From NCBI RefSeq assembly GCF_024223415.1, contig NZ_CP100503.1: a stretch of 64,000 bases of DNA; one strand, given 5' to 3'. Positions 25,578-34,103 of the stretch are shown in pieces. The stretch comes from Escherichia coli (GTDB lineage Bacteria; Pseudomonadota; Gammaproteobacteria; Enterobacterales; Enterobacteriaceae). The notes under the pieces are model-generated. The model was not told where the DNA came from. It did not search any database and worked only from the letters and a program-made list of their open reading frames with translations. Numbering within the stretch: the first letter of the stretch is position 1; each line of letters begins with the position of its first letter. A program made the position numbers and the translations under genes.

Positions 25578-25594
25578 AGATTTATTAGTGCATT
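25578..25594 (+). promoter_or_regulatory. Weak C1 operator-like site between coi and c1
   Basis: AGATTTATTAGTGCATT, degenerate match to the reverse-complement consensus. Confidence 0.35.
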
Positions 25595-25803
25595 TATTGT
25601 GAGTCTAACTGGTTAGTTGCCATGAGATATTCGATTGTGTCAGTGAGGTCATCCAGGTCGTCTTGGGTGATGCGGTACTCCTGATTGGATATCTTTGAGT
25701 AGTGTTCAGCAATGGCGCGGGCAGCGTCGGTTTCGGCAGGGTCTACAGATAAAGCGTTAGAGCAATATCTAACGTCGTCGATGGTTGGTTGAATGAAAGC
25801 CAT
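25594..25803 (-). CDS. coi: C1 inactivator Coi
   Basis: 69 aa ORF immediately upstream of c1 on the same strand. Confidence 0.8.
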   Translation of the reverse strand: MAFIQPTIDDVRYCSNALSVDPAETDAARAIAEHYSKISNQEYRITQDDLDDLTDTIEYLMATNQLDSQ

Positions 25804-26043
25804 AATTATGCCTCACTGTATTGACAACACAGAGCCTGAAGCTCTGACCTACTGTTTCACCCATAATCCATGCTGGGGGTAATCTAACAACATTGCGCTG
25901 TGTGTAAGATGAGCAATGCATAGCTGTAATGCCGTTGTATAAGGTTTCCCTGTTTGCTCATTTCCTTCTGAGCCGCTCTACAACGCTGAAGACACATTAA
26001 ATAGTGAATCCAAAGTCGTATTACGTAACGGCGGCAAAACTAT

Positions 26044-26059
26044 AATTTATTAGAGCAAT
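26044..26059 (-). promoter_or_regulatory. C1 operator
   Basis: AATTTATTAGAGCAAT. Confidence 0.6.
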
Positions 26060-26125
26060 TGTCAAACAACTATGAAAAACAATCCAGTTTTTGGCTGGTG
26101 GAGTGGGATTTTTCTCTCAAAATTT

Positions 26126-26142
26126 ATTGCTCTAATAGTTCT
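26126..26142 (+). promoter_or_regulatory. C1 operator
   Basis: ATTGCTCTAATAGTTCT. Confidence 0.6.
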
Positions 26143-26185
26143 TGATCTTTATGCGCAGCTGGACGTAAACTGCTCTTCAGACCTA

Positions 26186-26219
26186 ATAACTTCGTATAGC
26201 AAACATTATACGAAGTTAT
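26186..26219 (+). other. lox: lox recombination site (loxP-like, spacer variant)
   Basis: ATAACTTCGTATA-GCAAACAT-TATACGAAGTTAT: perfect 13-bp Cre arms, spacer differs from canonical GCATACAT at one position. Confidence 0.85.
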
Positions 26220-26381
26220 CTTAAGGGTTATTGAACATGATTAATTTACCTGTAAATCCATACAGTTCAATACCTTATCAGGTCAAATAGTGATCACTTG
26301 ATCATTTGATCAAGGTTGCGCTACGTAAAATCTGCGAAATGTTGGCAGTGTTTGTGCTCCAGATTTCGCGTAGCGCATATA

Positions 26382-26425
26382 TCCCAAGATGGGACTAAAA
26401 AGCTTTACCTAATCCCAGAATGGGA
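26382..26425 (+). promoter_or_regulatory. Two palindromic putative HigA operator sites in the higBA promoter
   Basis: TCCCAAGATGGGA (26382-26394) and TCCCAGAATGGGA (26413-26425), 31 bp apart, just upstream of higB. Confidence 0.45.
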
Positions 26426-26456
26426 CTAATATACTTGCCGGGATAAGGAATATGTA

Positions 26457-26759
26457 ATGAAGATTATTTCGGTAAAAACATTGAGGGATTTTTGGTCTGT
26501 GAATCCCGATGCAGAACAACCATTAAAGGCCTGGGTTGACGAAGTCTCCAAGGCCACCTGGAAAAGCCCGGCTGATATCAAAGCGCAGTACCGATCTGCC
26601 AGCATTCTTAAAAACAGGCGGGTTGTCTTCAACATCAAAGGTAATGACTACAGATTAATTGTTGCAATTGCTTATCAGCGAGGATGGATGTTCGTTAAGT
26701 TTATTGGAACACATAAGGAATACGATGCCATCGACGCGGATACAATAGAGCTGGAGTAA
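26457..26759 (+). CDS. higB: HigB-family type II toxin (RelE/ParE superfamily mRNA interferase)
   Basis: 100 aa; C-terminal THKEYD motif and toxin-first gene order. Confidence 0.7.
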   Translation: MKIISVKTLRDFWSVNPDAEQPLKAWVDEVSKATWKSPADIKAQYRSASILKNRRVVFNIKGNDYRLIVAIAYQRGWMFVKFIGTHKEYDAIDADTIELE

Positions 26760-26762
26760 ATC

Positions 26763-27122
26763 ATGAACATTAAACCTATCCGTACAGAACAAGATTATCA
26801 GGCCGCACTACGCGCGGTCGAACCTATGTTCGATAACGAACCGGAAATGAACACCCCGGAAGGTGATTTCTTTGAGATAATGTGCCTGCTTATTGAAGAG
26901 TATGAAAAAAGACATTACCCAATTGAACCGCCTACACCCATTGAAGCGATTAAGTTCCGTATGGAACAGCAAGGGTTGACAGTGAAAGATCTGGAACCGG
27001 CGATTGGTAAGTCGAACCGTGTTTACGAAGTTCTGAATGGAACGCGAAATTTAACGTTACCAATGATTAGGCGTTTGCACGTACAGTTTGGCATTCCTCT
27101 CGAAAGTCTGGTTGGTGTGTGA
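26763..27122 (+). CDS. higA: HigA-family antitoxin (XRE-type HTH)
   Basis: 119 aa; C-terminal HTH (GKSNRVYEVLNGTRNLTLPMIRRL) resembling E. coli HigA. Confidence 0.7.
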   Translation: MNIKPIRTEQDYQAALRAVEPMFDNEPEMNTPEGDFFEIMCLLIEEYEKRHYPIEPPTPIEAIKFRMEQQGLTVKDLEPAIGKSNRVYEVLNGTRNLTLPMIRRLHVQFGIPLESLVGV

Positions 27123-27128
27123 CTTAAA

Positions 27129-28181
27129 ATGTCTAATGTCCTGACCGTACACCAAAATTTGCCTGCATTACCGGTCGATGCAACGAGTGATGAGGTTCGC
27201 AAGAACCTGATGGACATGTTCAGGGATCGCCAGGCGTTTTCTGAGCATACCTGGAAAATGCTTCTGTCCGTTTGCCGGTCGTGGGCGGCATGGTGCAAGT
27301 TGAATAACCGGAAATGGTTTCCCGCAGAACCTGAAGATGTTCGCGATTATCTTCTATATCTTCAGGCGCGCGGTCTGGCAGTAAAAACTATCCAGCAACA
27401 TTTGGGCCAGCTAAACATGCTTCATCGTCGGTCCGGGCTGCCACGACCAAGTGACAGCAATGCTGTTTCACTGGTTATGCGGCGGATCCGAAAAGAAAAC
27501 GTTGATGCCGGTGAACGTGCAAAACAGGCTCTAGCGTTCGAACGCACTGATTTCGACCAGGTTCGTTCACTCATGGAAAATAGCGATCGCTGCCAGGATA
27601 TACGTAATCTGGCATTTCTGGGGATTGCTTATAACACCCTGTTACGTATAGCCGAAATTGCCAGGATCAGGGTTAAAGATATCTCACGTACTGACGGTGG
27701 GAGAATGTTAATCCATATTGGCAGAACGAAAACGCTGGTTAGCACCGCAGGTGTAGAGAAGGCACTTAGCCTGGGGGTAACTAAACTGGTTGAGCGATGG
27801 ATTTCTGTCTCTGGTGTAGCTGATGATCCGAATAACTACCTGTTTTGCCGCGTCAGAAAAAATGGTGTTGCCGCGCCATCACCCACCAGCCAGCTATCAA
27901 CTCGCGCCCTGGAAGGGATTTTTGAAGCAACTCACCGATTGATTTACGGGGCTAAGGATGACTCTGGCCAGAGGTACCTGGCCTGGTCTGGACACAGTGC
28001 CCGTGTCGGAGCCGCGCGAGATATGGCCCGCGCCGGAGTTTCAATACCGGAGATCATGCAAGCTGGTGGCTGGACCAACGTAAATATTGTCATGAACTAT
28101 ATCCGTAACCTGGATAGTGAAACAGGGGCAATGGTGCGCCTGCTGGAAGTTGACATCCTCCCCCACCTTCGCACTTCGTGA
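27129..28181 (+). CDS. cre: Cre tyrosine recombinase with altered C-terminus
   Basis: 350 aa; matches P1 Cre as I recall it up to ...MVRLLE, then VDILPHLRTS encoded by IS end instead of DGD. Confidence 0.9.
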   Translation: MSNVLTVHQNLPALPVDATSDEVRKNLMDMFRDRQAFSEHTWKMLLSVCRSWAAWCKLNNRKWFPAEPEDVRDYLLYLQARGLAVKTIQQHLGQLNMLHRRSGLPRPSDSNAVSLVMRRIRKENVDAGERAKQALAFERTDFDQVRSLMENSDRCQDIRNLAFLGIAYNTLLRIAEIARIRVKDISRTDGGRMLIHIGRTKTLVSTAGVEKALSLGVTKLVERWISVSGVADDPNNYLFCRVRKNGVAAPSPTSQLSTRALEGIFEATHRLIYGAKDDSGQRYLAWSGHSARVGAARDMARAGVSIPEIMQAGGWTNVNIVMNYIRNLDSETGAMVRLLEVDILPHLRTS

Positions 28182-28200
28182 CTCAGGAGGGGGATTCCCA

Positions 28201-29433
28201 TTAGTGGGTGACGGCTGATTGCTCAGCGTCTGGTTCCTGCTTCAACGGGCGGTCTGACTGCACCGTCCCTCCACAGGCAAGTACGGCGTGCCCCGCCGCT
28301 AAAATGTTGCGAGCGCCGTTTACATCGGCGTTCGCTGTATATCCACAAGCCCGACACACGAATTTACTTTGTGTCAGGCGGTTTTCTTTCGCTGTATGAC
28401 CACAGCACGCGCAACGCTGGCTTGTGTACGCTGGCGGAACAGCAAGCACCTGACCACCACGCCAGAGCTGCTTGTACTCAAGCTGGCGGCGCATTTCATA
28501 CCAGCCCTGATCCAGTATCGAACGGTTTAAACCTGATTTTGCCCGGACATTGCGCCCCGGCTGGCTGACCGTACCCGCTGCTGACTTTGACATGTTGCTG
28601 ACCTTCAAATCCTCAATGACTATCATTGCGTGGTTTTTGCTGACGGTCGTTGTGACTTTGTGAAGGTAGTCCCTGCGGATATTTGCAATACGGGAATGCA
28701 GTTGCTGTATTTTGCGTTTCTGCTTCTGCCAGTTGTTGCTGAATTTGACCCTGCGGCTTAACTGTCGCTGAAGTCTCGCCAGCTTCTTCTGGTTTTTCTG
28801 AAAACTGTTTACAGGTTCAAAGACTGTGCCATCTGACAGCGTGGCGAGTTTAGCCACGCCAGCATCCAGACCGACTATCGTTGTGCTTGTGTGATTTGGT
28901 TCTGCCGTTTCAATTTCAACCTGAAACGAGATATACCACTGTCCCGCTAACTGACTGATTGTCGCATTTTTGATTTTACCGTTCACACGTTGAGATTGCC
29001 GGAATTTTACCCACCCAAGACCTGACGGTAGCTTCACTCTGCGATTTTCAAGGCAGCAATATTTCTCAAAGTTCACAAAACGGATTGAGTCTCTGCCCTC
29101 ATTTTTTCGTTTCCATACCGGAGCCTTAGCTGCGAGCTTTTTATCAAAACAACGTTTCCATGCGGTATGCAGGTCTTTCAGCTTTTGTTGCAGATTGTCG
29201 GTATAAGCATCCTGTAAGAAGATATATTCCGGCATTTTTTTCCACACTGTAATCATCCGGTTCAACTCGAAAGCCGAAGGTAACTTTTCGCCTGAGCCAA
29301 GTACGCGCTTTGTCTCCGCAAGACCTAAATTCCAGACAAAACGGGCGCAACCACATAACTGCCGCAAACGCTGCGACTGTTCATGCGTTGGTTCCAGTCT
29401 GAATTTGTAGGCTTTCAGGATTAGCATCATCAT
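28201..29433 (-). CDS. tnpB: TnpB (OrfB-family RNA-guided nuclease-like protein)
   Basis: 410 aa; C-terminal RuvC-like and zinc-finger region ([13 protein letters not shown]...[18 protein letters not shown]). Confidence 0.85.
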   Translation of the reverse strand: MMMLILKAYKFRLEPTHEQSQRLRQLCGCARFVWNLGLAETKRVLGSGEKLPSAFELNRMITVWKKMPEYIFLQDAYTDNLQQKLKDLHTAWKRCFDKKLAAKAPVWKRKNEGRDSIRFVNFEKYCCLENRRVKLPSGLGWVKFRQSQRVNGKIKNATISQLAGQWYISFQVEIETAEPNHTSTTIVGLDAGVAKLATLSDGTVFEPVNSFQKNQKKLARLQRQLSRRVKFSNNWQKQKRKIQQLHSRIANIRRDYLHKVTTTVSKNHAMIVIEDLKVSNMSKSAAGTVSQPGRNVRAKSGLNRSILDQGWYEMRRQLEYKQLWRGGQVLAVPPAYTSQRCACCGHTAKENRLTQSKFVCRACGYTANADVNGARNILAAGHAVLACGGTVQSDRPLKQEPDAEQSAVTH

Positions 29434-29485
29434 TCAGTGTGTAGTAGATTTTCTTGCAATATTACTGTTTTTACGGCCAACCTCA

Positions 29486-29890
29486 ATGCAAAAATACAAA
29501 ATCAATCGTTCAAGACATGCTGCCTTCCTTTTGCATGTTCATCTTGTCTTTGTAACAAAATACCGTCGAAAGATACTGGGAGAGTTACACTGTGCAGCAT
29601 TCCATCAGTATGCAGCAGAAGTCTGCCGTGACTTTGGGGCAGAACTTAAAGAAAGTAACGGAGATGTCGATCATGTCCACATGCTGATCGAATACCCACC
29701 AACAGTGCAGCTTTCGGTACTGGTTAACTCACTGAAAGCAGTGACATCCCGCCGTCTGCGAAACGAATTTCTTGATTTGCGGGGGGCATACGGAAAAGCC
29801 GTGCTCTGGTCGAGGTCATACTTTGCTGGCTCCTGCGGAGGTGCGCCGCTGGAAGTTGTGAAGCAATATATTCAACATCAGCGAGGCTGA
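29486..29890 (+). CDS. tnpA: IS200-type Y1 (HUH) transposase TnpA
   Basis: 134 aa; HVHLVF, HuH motif DHVHMLI, catalytic Tyr region WSRSYFAGS. Confidence 0.85.
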   Translation: MQKYKINRSRHAAFLLHVHLVFVTKYRRKILGELHCAAFHQYAAEVCRDFGAELKESNGDVDHVHMLIEYPPTVQLSVLVNSLKAVTSRRLRNEFLDLRGAYGKAVLWSRSYFAGSCGGAPLEVVKQYIQHQRG

Positions 29891-29995
29891 GCACCCTTCG
29901 GGCTTTTCAAGCCCGTCCAAATTCCCCTGCCGCCTTATGTCGGCGGGAGTACCCTTTGGAAGTTAAGATGGCGATTAGCCATTAACGCGTAAATG

Positions 29996-30012
29996 ATTGC
30001 TCTAATTCTTTG
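29996..30012 (+). promoter_or_regulatory. C1 operator
   Basis: ATTGCTCTAATTCTTTG. Confidence 0.55.
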
Positions 30013-30028
30013 ATATTTATGGTGACAT

Positions 30029-30340
30029 ATGAGAAAGGATTTCAACATCGACGGAAAATATGTAGTGCTGTCTGTAAGCACTAATATTCAGTCGCCAGCC
30101 GTCATTGTCACTGTAAAGCTGAGCGATAGAATACCTGATATTGACTCAATATCCGTTGCGTTCCCTGTCAAAAGTATTCGTAGTGCTGAACATTTCGTGA
30201 TGAATGCCACCGAGGAAGAAGCACGGCGCGGTTTTGCTAAAGTGATGTCTGAGTTTGGCGAACTCTTGGGTAAGGTTAACAATGTCCTTTCAATCAGTTC
30301 AGCAAGGTCCAAAGCGTTAACAGCTTCCATGATGAAATAA
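30029..30340 (+). CDS. Hypothetical protein
   Basis: 103 aa ORF immediately downstream of a C1 operator. Confidence 0.4.
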   Translation: MRKDFNIDGKYVVLSVSTNIQSPAVIVTVKLSDRIPDIDSISVAFPVKSIRSAEHFVMNATEEEARRGFAKVMSEFGELLGKVNNVLSISSARSKALTASMMK

Positions 30341-30471
30341 AAAAAGCCTGGCAAGGAGCCAGGCTGCACAAAAGAGCGGGTTTGTATTCCGCATCCAATC
30401 AATCAAGAAGGAGTATAGCACACAGGTACTGAAGTGAAAAAATGTGATTCGCGATTAACAAAATATCTACC

Positions 30472-30488
30472 ATTGCTCTAATTGATTG
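30472..30488 (+). promoter_or_regulatory. C1 operator with no downstream ORF
   Basis: ATTGCTCTAATTGATTG. Confidence 0.5.
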
Positions 30489-30554
30489 ATATAATTAAGC
30501 CGCAGTTTTTGTCAACTACGAAGACATTGCCATTATAGACTCCGTGACATCATT

Positions 30555-30578
30555 GGCGGCCGAAAGGCCGCCTTTTTT
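30555..30578 (+). terminator. Rho-independent terminator
   Basis: GGCGGCC-GAAA-GGCCGCC followed by TTTTTT. Confidence 0.65.
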
Positions 30579-30580
30579 AA

Positions 30581-31645
30581 TCATTCAGCCGCCACAGGTT
30601 TTAACAAGCCAGCATCGAGCAGTTTACGCGTCAACCACTGCTGGCCTTTCCCCGTTAATTGGGGCGTCAGCCGTATCTGGTAGCCCTCTTCATCATCCAG
30701 CACCACTTCTTTCACTGTGAAATATCCGGCGTTTATGTACTGCTGGAACGGTACATTTTTACGTCCACCGGACGCTATCAGGATGCCGTTCTCCCGTAAC
30801 CAGGCAAACAGCGCGTTTTGCTTAAGTCCAACAACCTTTGCAAAATTCCCAATCAGGATTCCATTAGCCACTGATACCCGGTCGGCAAAATCGACTTTAG
30901 GAGCGGCGGCCACCAGCTGCTGATTTAGCTGGTGGGCTTTCTGTTCCAGAAGTTGCTTTTGTTCAGCCAACTCGGCAGCCAGGCGGAGGGCTTCGGGGAG
31001 TGTCTGGGGGATCGCTGGAGAAGCAGCGCTAACCTGCTGCAACTCCTCCAGCTTGTCGATCAACGAACGGCGGACCGCTTTTGACTCGCGCGCGGCAACT
31101 CGCAGGGCTTGTTTGTAGGTCATGGTTATGACCTCAAAAGAGCGCCCAGCCCTTGTGCCATGGGATTTTACGAAAGTTTCGTAAAATTCCCCATCAAGTT
31201 CATCCTTAATTCTATTGAGAAAATCGTTATTGCGGATCTCATTTTCCCCACATAGCTTGCGCGCCTCATTGACCATCTTTAACAGTGTCTGGCTGTCGAT
31301 TGTGTCGCCCGTACTGGGGATAACATCCATGGCTGGTAGTGGTGTGGATTCTATCAAAGGCTTTGTAACGACAACATCTGGTTTGCTTGCTTTCATTCTG
31401 TGTGCCTCCTTGCGTGCTTCGGCGGTTACGGTTGCATAATCAAGACGACCCTGTTCGAGCAGGTATTCACGGATATCAGTTAGCAGAATGCGGTGAACCG
31501 CGTTCTTGTCCTTTCTCCGGTAAAGTTGTTTGGTGATCATGAAGTAGTTGGCTATAACACCAGGAATGTCCCTGGCGCTGATACAGATTGTGTGCTGTTC
31601 AATAGCCTCGATCATTTCTTCACGGGTAACTAATGACGTTCTCAT
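30581..31645 (-). CDS. ant: Antirepressor Ant paralog B (KilA-C C-terminal domain)
   Basis: 354 aa; N- and C-terminal regions near-identical to Ant A/C, central region resembles Ant D. Confidence 0.7.
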   Translation of the reverse strand: MRTSLVTREEMIEAIEQHTICISARDIPGVIANYFMITKQLYRRKDKNAVHRILLTDIREYLLEQGRLDYATVTAEARKEAHRMKASKPDVVVTKPLIESTPLPAMDVIPSTGDTIDSQTLLKMVNEARKLCGENEIRNNDFLNRIKDELDGEFYETFVKSHGTRAGRSFEVITMTYKQALRVAARESKAVRRSLIDKLEELQQVSAASPAIPQTLPEALRLAAELAEQKQLLEQKAHQLNQQLVAAAPKVDFADRVSVANGILIGNFAKVVGLKQNALFAWLRENGILIASGGRKNVPFQQYINAGYFTVKEVVLDDEEGYQIRLTPQLTGKGQQWLTRKLLDAGLLKPVAAE

Positions 31646-31863
31646 AGCCCCTCCTGAGCAGAAGCGTTAACAGGGAGGCACCAGTAACTGAGAGAGTTGC
31701 GCGAGTCAGTAGAAAAGCGTGCAGAGAAAATGCAGGGAGCGTCAGGAAGCTGAGAACGGGCCTCATCTTCTGTTGGTGCAATGACGAAGTGATAGTGACG
31801 TTTTTGACAAGAATAGAAGCGCCAGATAAATTCCGGGCGTGCGCAAGGATTGGCATTAACCAT
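31642..31863 (-). CDS. icd: Icd-like small protein
   Basis: 73 aa; identical to Icd copy C; overlaps ant B start. Confidence 0.6.
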   Translation of the reverse strand: MVNANPCARPEFIWRFYSCQKRHYHFVIAPTEDEARSQLPDAPCIFSARFSTDSRNSLSYWCLPVNASAQEGL

Positions 31864-32023
31864 AGTTACGGCCTCACAAGTTGAATTAACAACCTGCTAC
31901 CCGCTGTCAAACAGGTGGCAGGACGTGACAGGGTTGACAGACTGGCACTTGTGAAACCAGCAGGCCGAAGCCTCCCCATCACGCCCCACCATAATTCGGG
32001 CGTAACGCGGTTTTACGGACACA

Positions 32024-32170
32024 AAAATACCGCAATAACGGAGTGATGCGGTTGTCCGCACAAGTATTCAGGCTGTCAAACCCGGTCGCAGAATTTGCTA
32101 CGACGCAGGAACTATAAGCCTGAACGACGGGAAGATCAATAGTCTGGCGTCCAATAGTAGTTTATTTGTT
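32024..32170 (-). ncRNA. c4: Putative c4-like antisense RNA of module B
   Basis: Colinear (no indels) with the module C leader; GGTTTGACAGCC element at 32071-32082 (rc). Confidence 0.3.
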
Positions 32171-32181
32171 CCAATAAATCA

Positions 32182-32197
32182 AATTTATTAGAGCAAT
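32182..32197 (-). promoter_or_regulatory. C1 operator of immI-like module B
   Basis: AATTTATTAGAGCAAT on plus strand. Confidence 0.6.
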
Positions 32198-32428
32198 ACA
32201 ATCTGGTTGAATGTTTCCTCTCCGAGGTTGCAATGTGCACACTTATTGTTTTATTTGTATGCACTAATAAATATATTATTTTTAATAATAAATAATTGAC
32301 AACTGACAAGTGACTTCAGTCAGAATCATCACACGCCCGGTACGGATGGATCCCTTTTCAAATATTCCATGGACGGCACAGTCTGAGTACCGGGCGCTAC
32401 CTTCAGTTGTATTGCTAAGCCGCCGCTG

Positions 32429-33097
32429 GTGGCTTTTCTTTTTTGTAGGGGCGCTATGGATAAGAAAATATGCGTTGTTTCAATGTGCGTCGGCAAACCG
32501 GCGTCAATGACTGCTGCATGGATCAACAATGAGCTGATCATGGCTGAGCGGACCAGCTACCCTGAACGCCGCCGCGATATGGAACTCCAGCTGCTGCGCG
32601 AATTGCGAGAAAAAGAGGAAAAGGGTTTTATCGTGCTGGTGGAAGAGGAAAACAGCTTTATTACCGGTCGAGTTGGCCAGCGTGTAAGGTTGCGTGATCC
32701 CTTCATGAACGGCAGACCGGTACTGATTGAAGCAATGCAGATTTACAAGGAATTGGAACGCCAGAAAGCGATCAAGTTACCGCGCAAGGAATCCGGCAAA
32801 TACATCCTTCACCAAAGCATCTTCGATTCCGAACACGATAAAAAAGGCGATGAATTTTTCAACATCAACTGGAGCGAAATAACGACAGAGCACGTTCTGA
32901 CGTTGTTATGCTGCTTCGCAACGGAATATAACAACGTTGCAAGCGCCGACTACATCAGGGCAATGGCTGGAGAAGTTGAGGCACGCCAGGAACCATCGTT
33001 ACTAAGCCCTCTGATTAACATAATTCGCGGCACACAGAGACTTGCGGAAAAAAGCGTTCCACACGGAATCTTAACTGGGAAGGGAAACTATTTTTAA
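32429..33097 (+). CDS. Hypothetical protein
   Basis: 222 aa from GTG; ATG at 32456 (MDKKIC) may be the true start. Confidence 0.4.
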   Translation: MAFLFCRGAMDKKICVVSMCVGKPASMTAAWINNELIMAERTSYPERRRDMELQLLRELREKEEKGFIVLVEEENSFITGRVGQRVRLRDPFMNGRPVLIEAMQIYKELERQKAIKLPRKESGKYILHQSIFDSEHDKKGDEFFNINWSEITTEHVLTLLCCFATEYNNVASADYIRAMAGEVEARQEPSLLSPLINIIRGTQRLAEKSVPHGILTGKGNYF

Positions 33098-33130
33098 CAT
33101 CCCCAAATCCTTTTGGGGAACAACTCATTC

Positions 33131-33448
33131 TTACAATAGCTGCCCCATACATTGTCTCCAGGCACTCCCCTCATTACCGTTATCAAGAAACGTAGAGGTT
33201 GCATAAGGAATGCCTCTGATTTGTGTTGATGTGAATGGACCATCAGACGTCGAAGTTGTGCGCAGTTTTGATGTAAACTCGTAATTTCCACTGATGCCTT
33301 TCTCTGCCAGAGCTTTTGATTTTGTGATAACTAAATCTGCACATTTCTCTGCGGCTACATATTGCGGGTCTTTTTCAGCTTTTCCGGCACATGCAGTTAT
33401 CGTTAAAACGATAGCTGCGGCTAACAAATTACCTAGTTTCATCTGCAT
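33131..33448 (-). CDS. Putative lipoprotein
   Basis: Signal peptide with lipobox LTITAC; likely start MKLGNLL at 33442. Confidence 0.5.
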   Translation of the reverse strand: MQMKLGNLLAAAIVLTITACAGKAEKDPQYVAAEKCADLVITKSKALAEKGISGNYEFTSKLRTTSTSDGPFTSTQIRGIPYATSTFLDNGNEGSAWRQCMGQLL

Positions 33449-33547
33449 ACCTTATTAAGTGCATTAAAAACAGTAGGTTGCCAAGGTTTTAAACAAATTT
33501 CAATCCTCCATGACGCTCAATATGAGCAAAAATAACACACAAACATC

Positions 33548-33564
33548 ATTGCTCTAATAAATTT
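33548..33564 (+). promoter_or_regulatory. C1 operator of immI-like module C
   Basis: ATTGCTCTAATAAATTT, perfect consensus. Confidence 0.65.
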
Positions 33565-33574
33565 GATTTTTTAG

Positions 33575-33721
33575 GGCAAATAAACTACCATTGCGCACTG
33601 CCCTATTGATCTCCTTACCGTTCAGGCTTATATTCATGCCGTCGTAGCAAATTCTGCGACCGGGTTTAGCAGCCTGAATACTTACGCGGACAACCGCAGA
33701 TATCCGATATTGCGGTATTTT
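33575..33721 (+). ncRNA. c4: Putative c4-like antisense RNA of module C
   Basis: Leader with GGTTTAGCAGCC (33663-33674) and hairpin ACCGCAGA-N-TGCGGT plus ATTTTC (33693-33721); complementary element CTGCTAACC at 33805-33813. Confidence 0.3.
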
Positions 33722-33881
33722 CATGTCCGTATAACCGCGTTACGCCCGAATTATGGTGGGGCGTGATGGGGAGGCTTCGGCCTGCTGGTTTCGTAAGTGC
33801 CAGTCTGCTAACCCCGTCACGTCCTGCCACCTGTTTAGCAGCGGGTCGCAGGTTGTTTTATCAACTTACGAGGCCGTAACT

Positions 33882-34103
33882 ATGGTTAATGCCAATCCTT
33901 GCGCACGCCCTGAATTTATCTGGCGCTTTTACTCCTGCCAAAAACGTCACTATCACTTCGTTATTGCACCAACAGAAGATGAGGCCCGCTCTCAGCTTCC
34001 TGACGCCCCATGTATTTTCTCTGCCCGCTTTTCCACTGATTCGCGCAACTCTCTCAGTTACTGGTGCCTCCCTGTTAACGCTTCTGCTCAGGAGGGACTA
34101 TGA
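33882..34103 (+). CDS. icd: Icd-like small protein
   Basis: 73 aa from ATG at 33882; stop overlaps ant C start. Confidence 0.6.
   Translation: MVNANPCARPEFIWRFYSCQKRHYHFVIAPTEDEARSQLPDAPCIFSARFSTDSRNSLSYWCLPVNASAQEGL

Larger units (their letters stand above)
28150..29967 (-). mobile_element. IS200/IS605-family insertion sequence (tnpB + tnpA, divergent) inserted in the last codons of cre
   Basis: cre sequence CTGCTGGAAG ends at 28149 and resumes as ATGGCGATTAG at 29968; no target duplication. Confidence 0.8.

Noticed and set aside
33753-34103. 116-aa and 119-aa extended versions of the icd ORFs (also 23128-23487)
   Set aside because: The upstream extensions are not conserved between copies and overlap the c4-like leader; the conserved protein starts at the internal Met with a good RBS.
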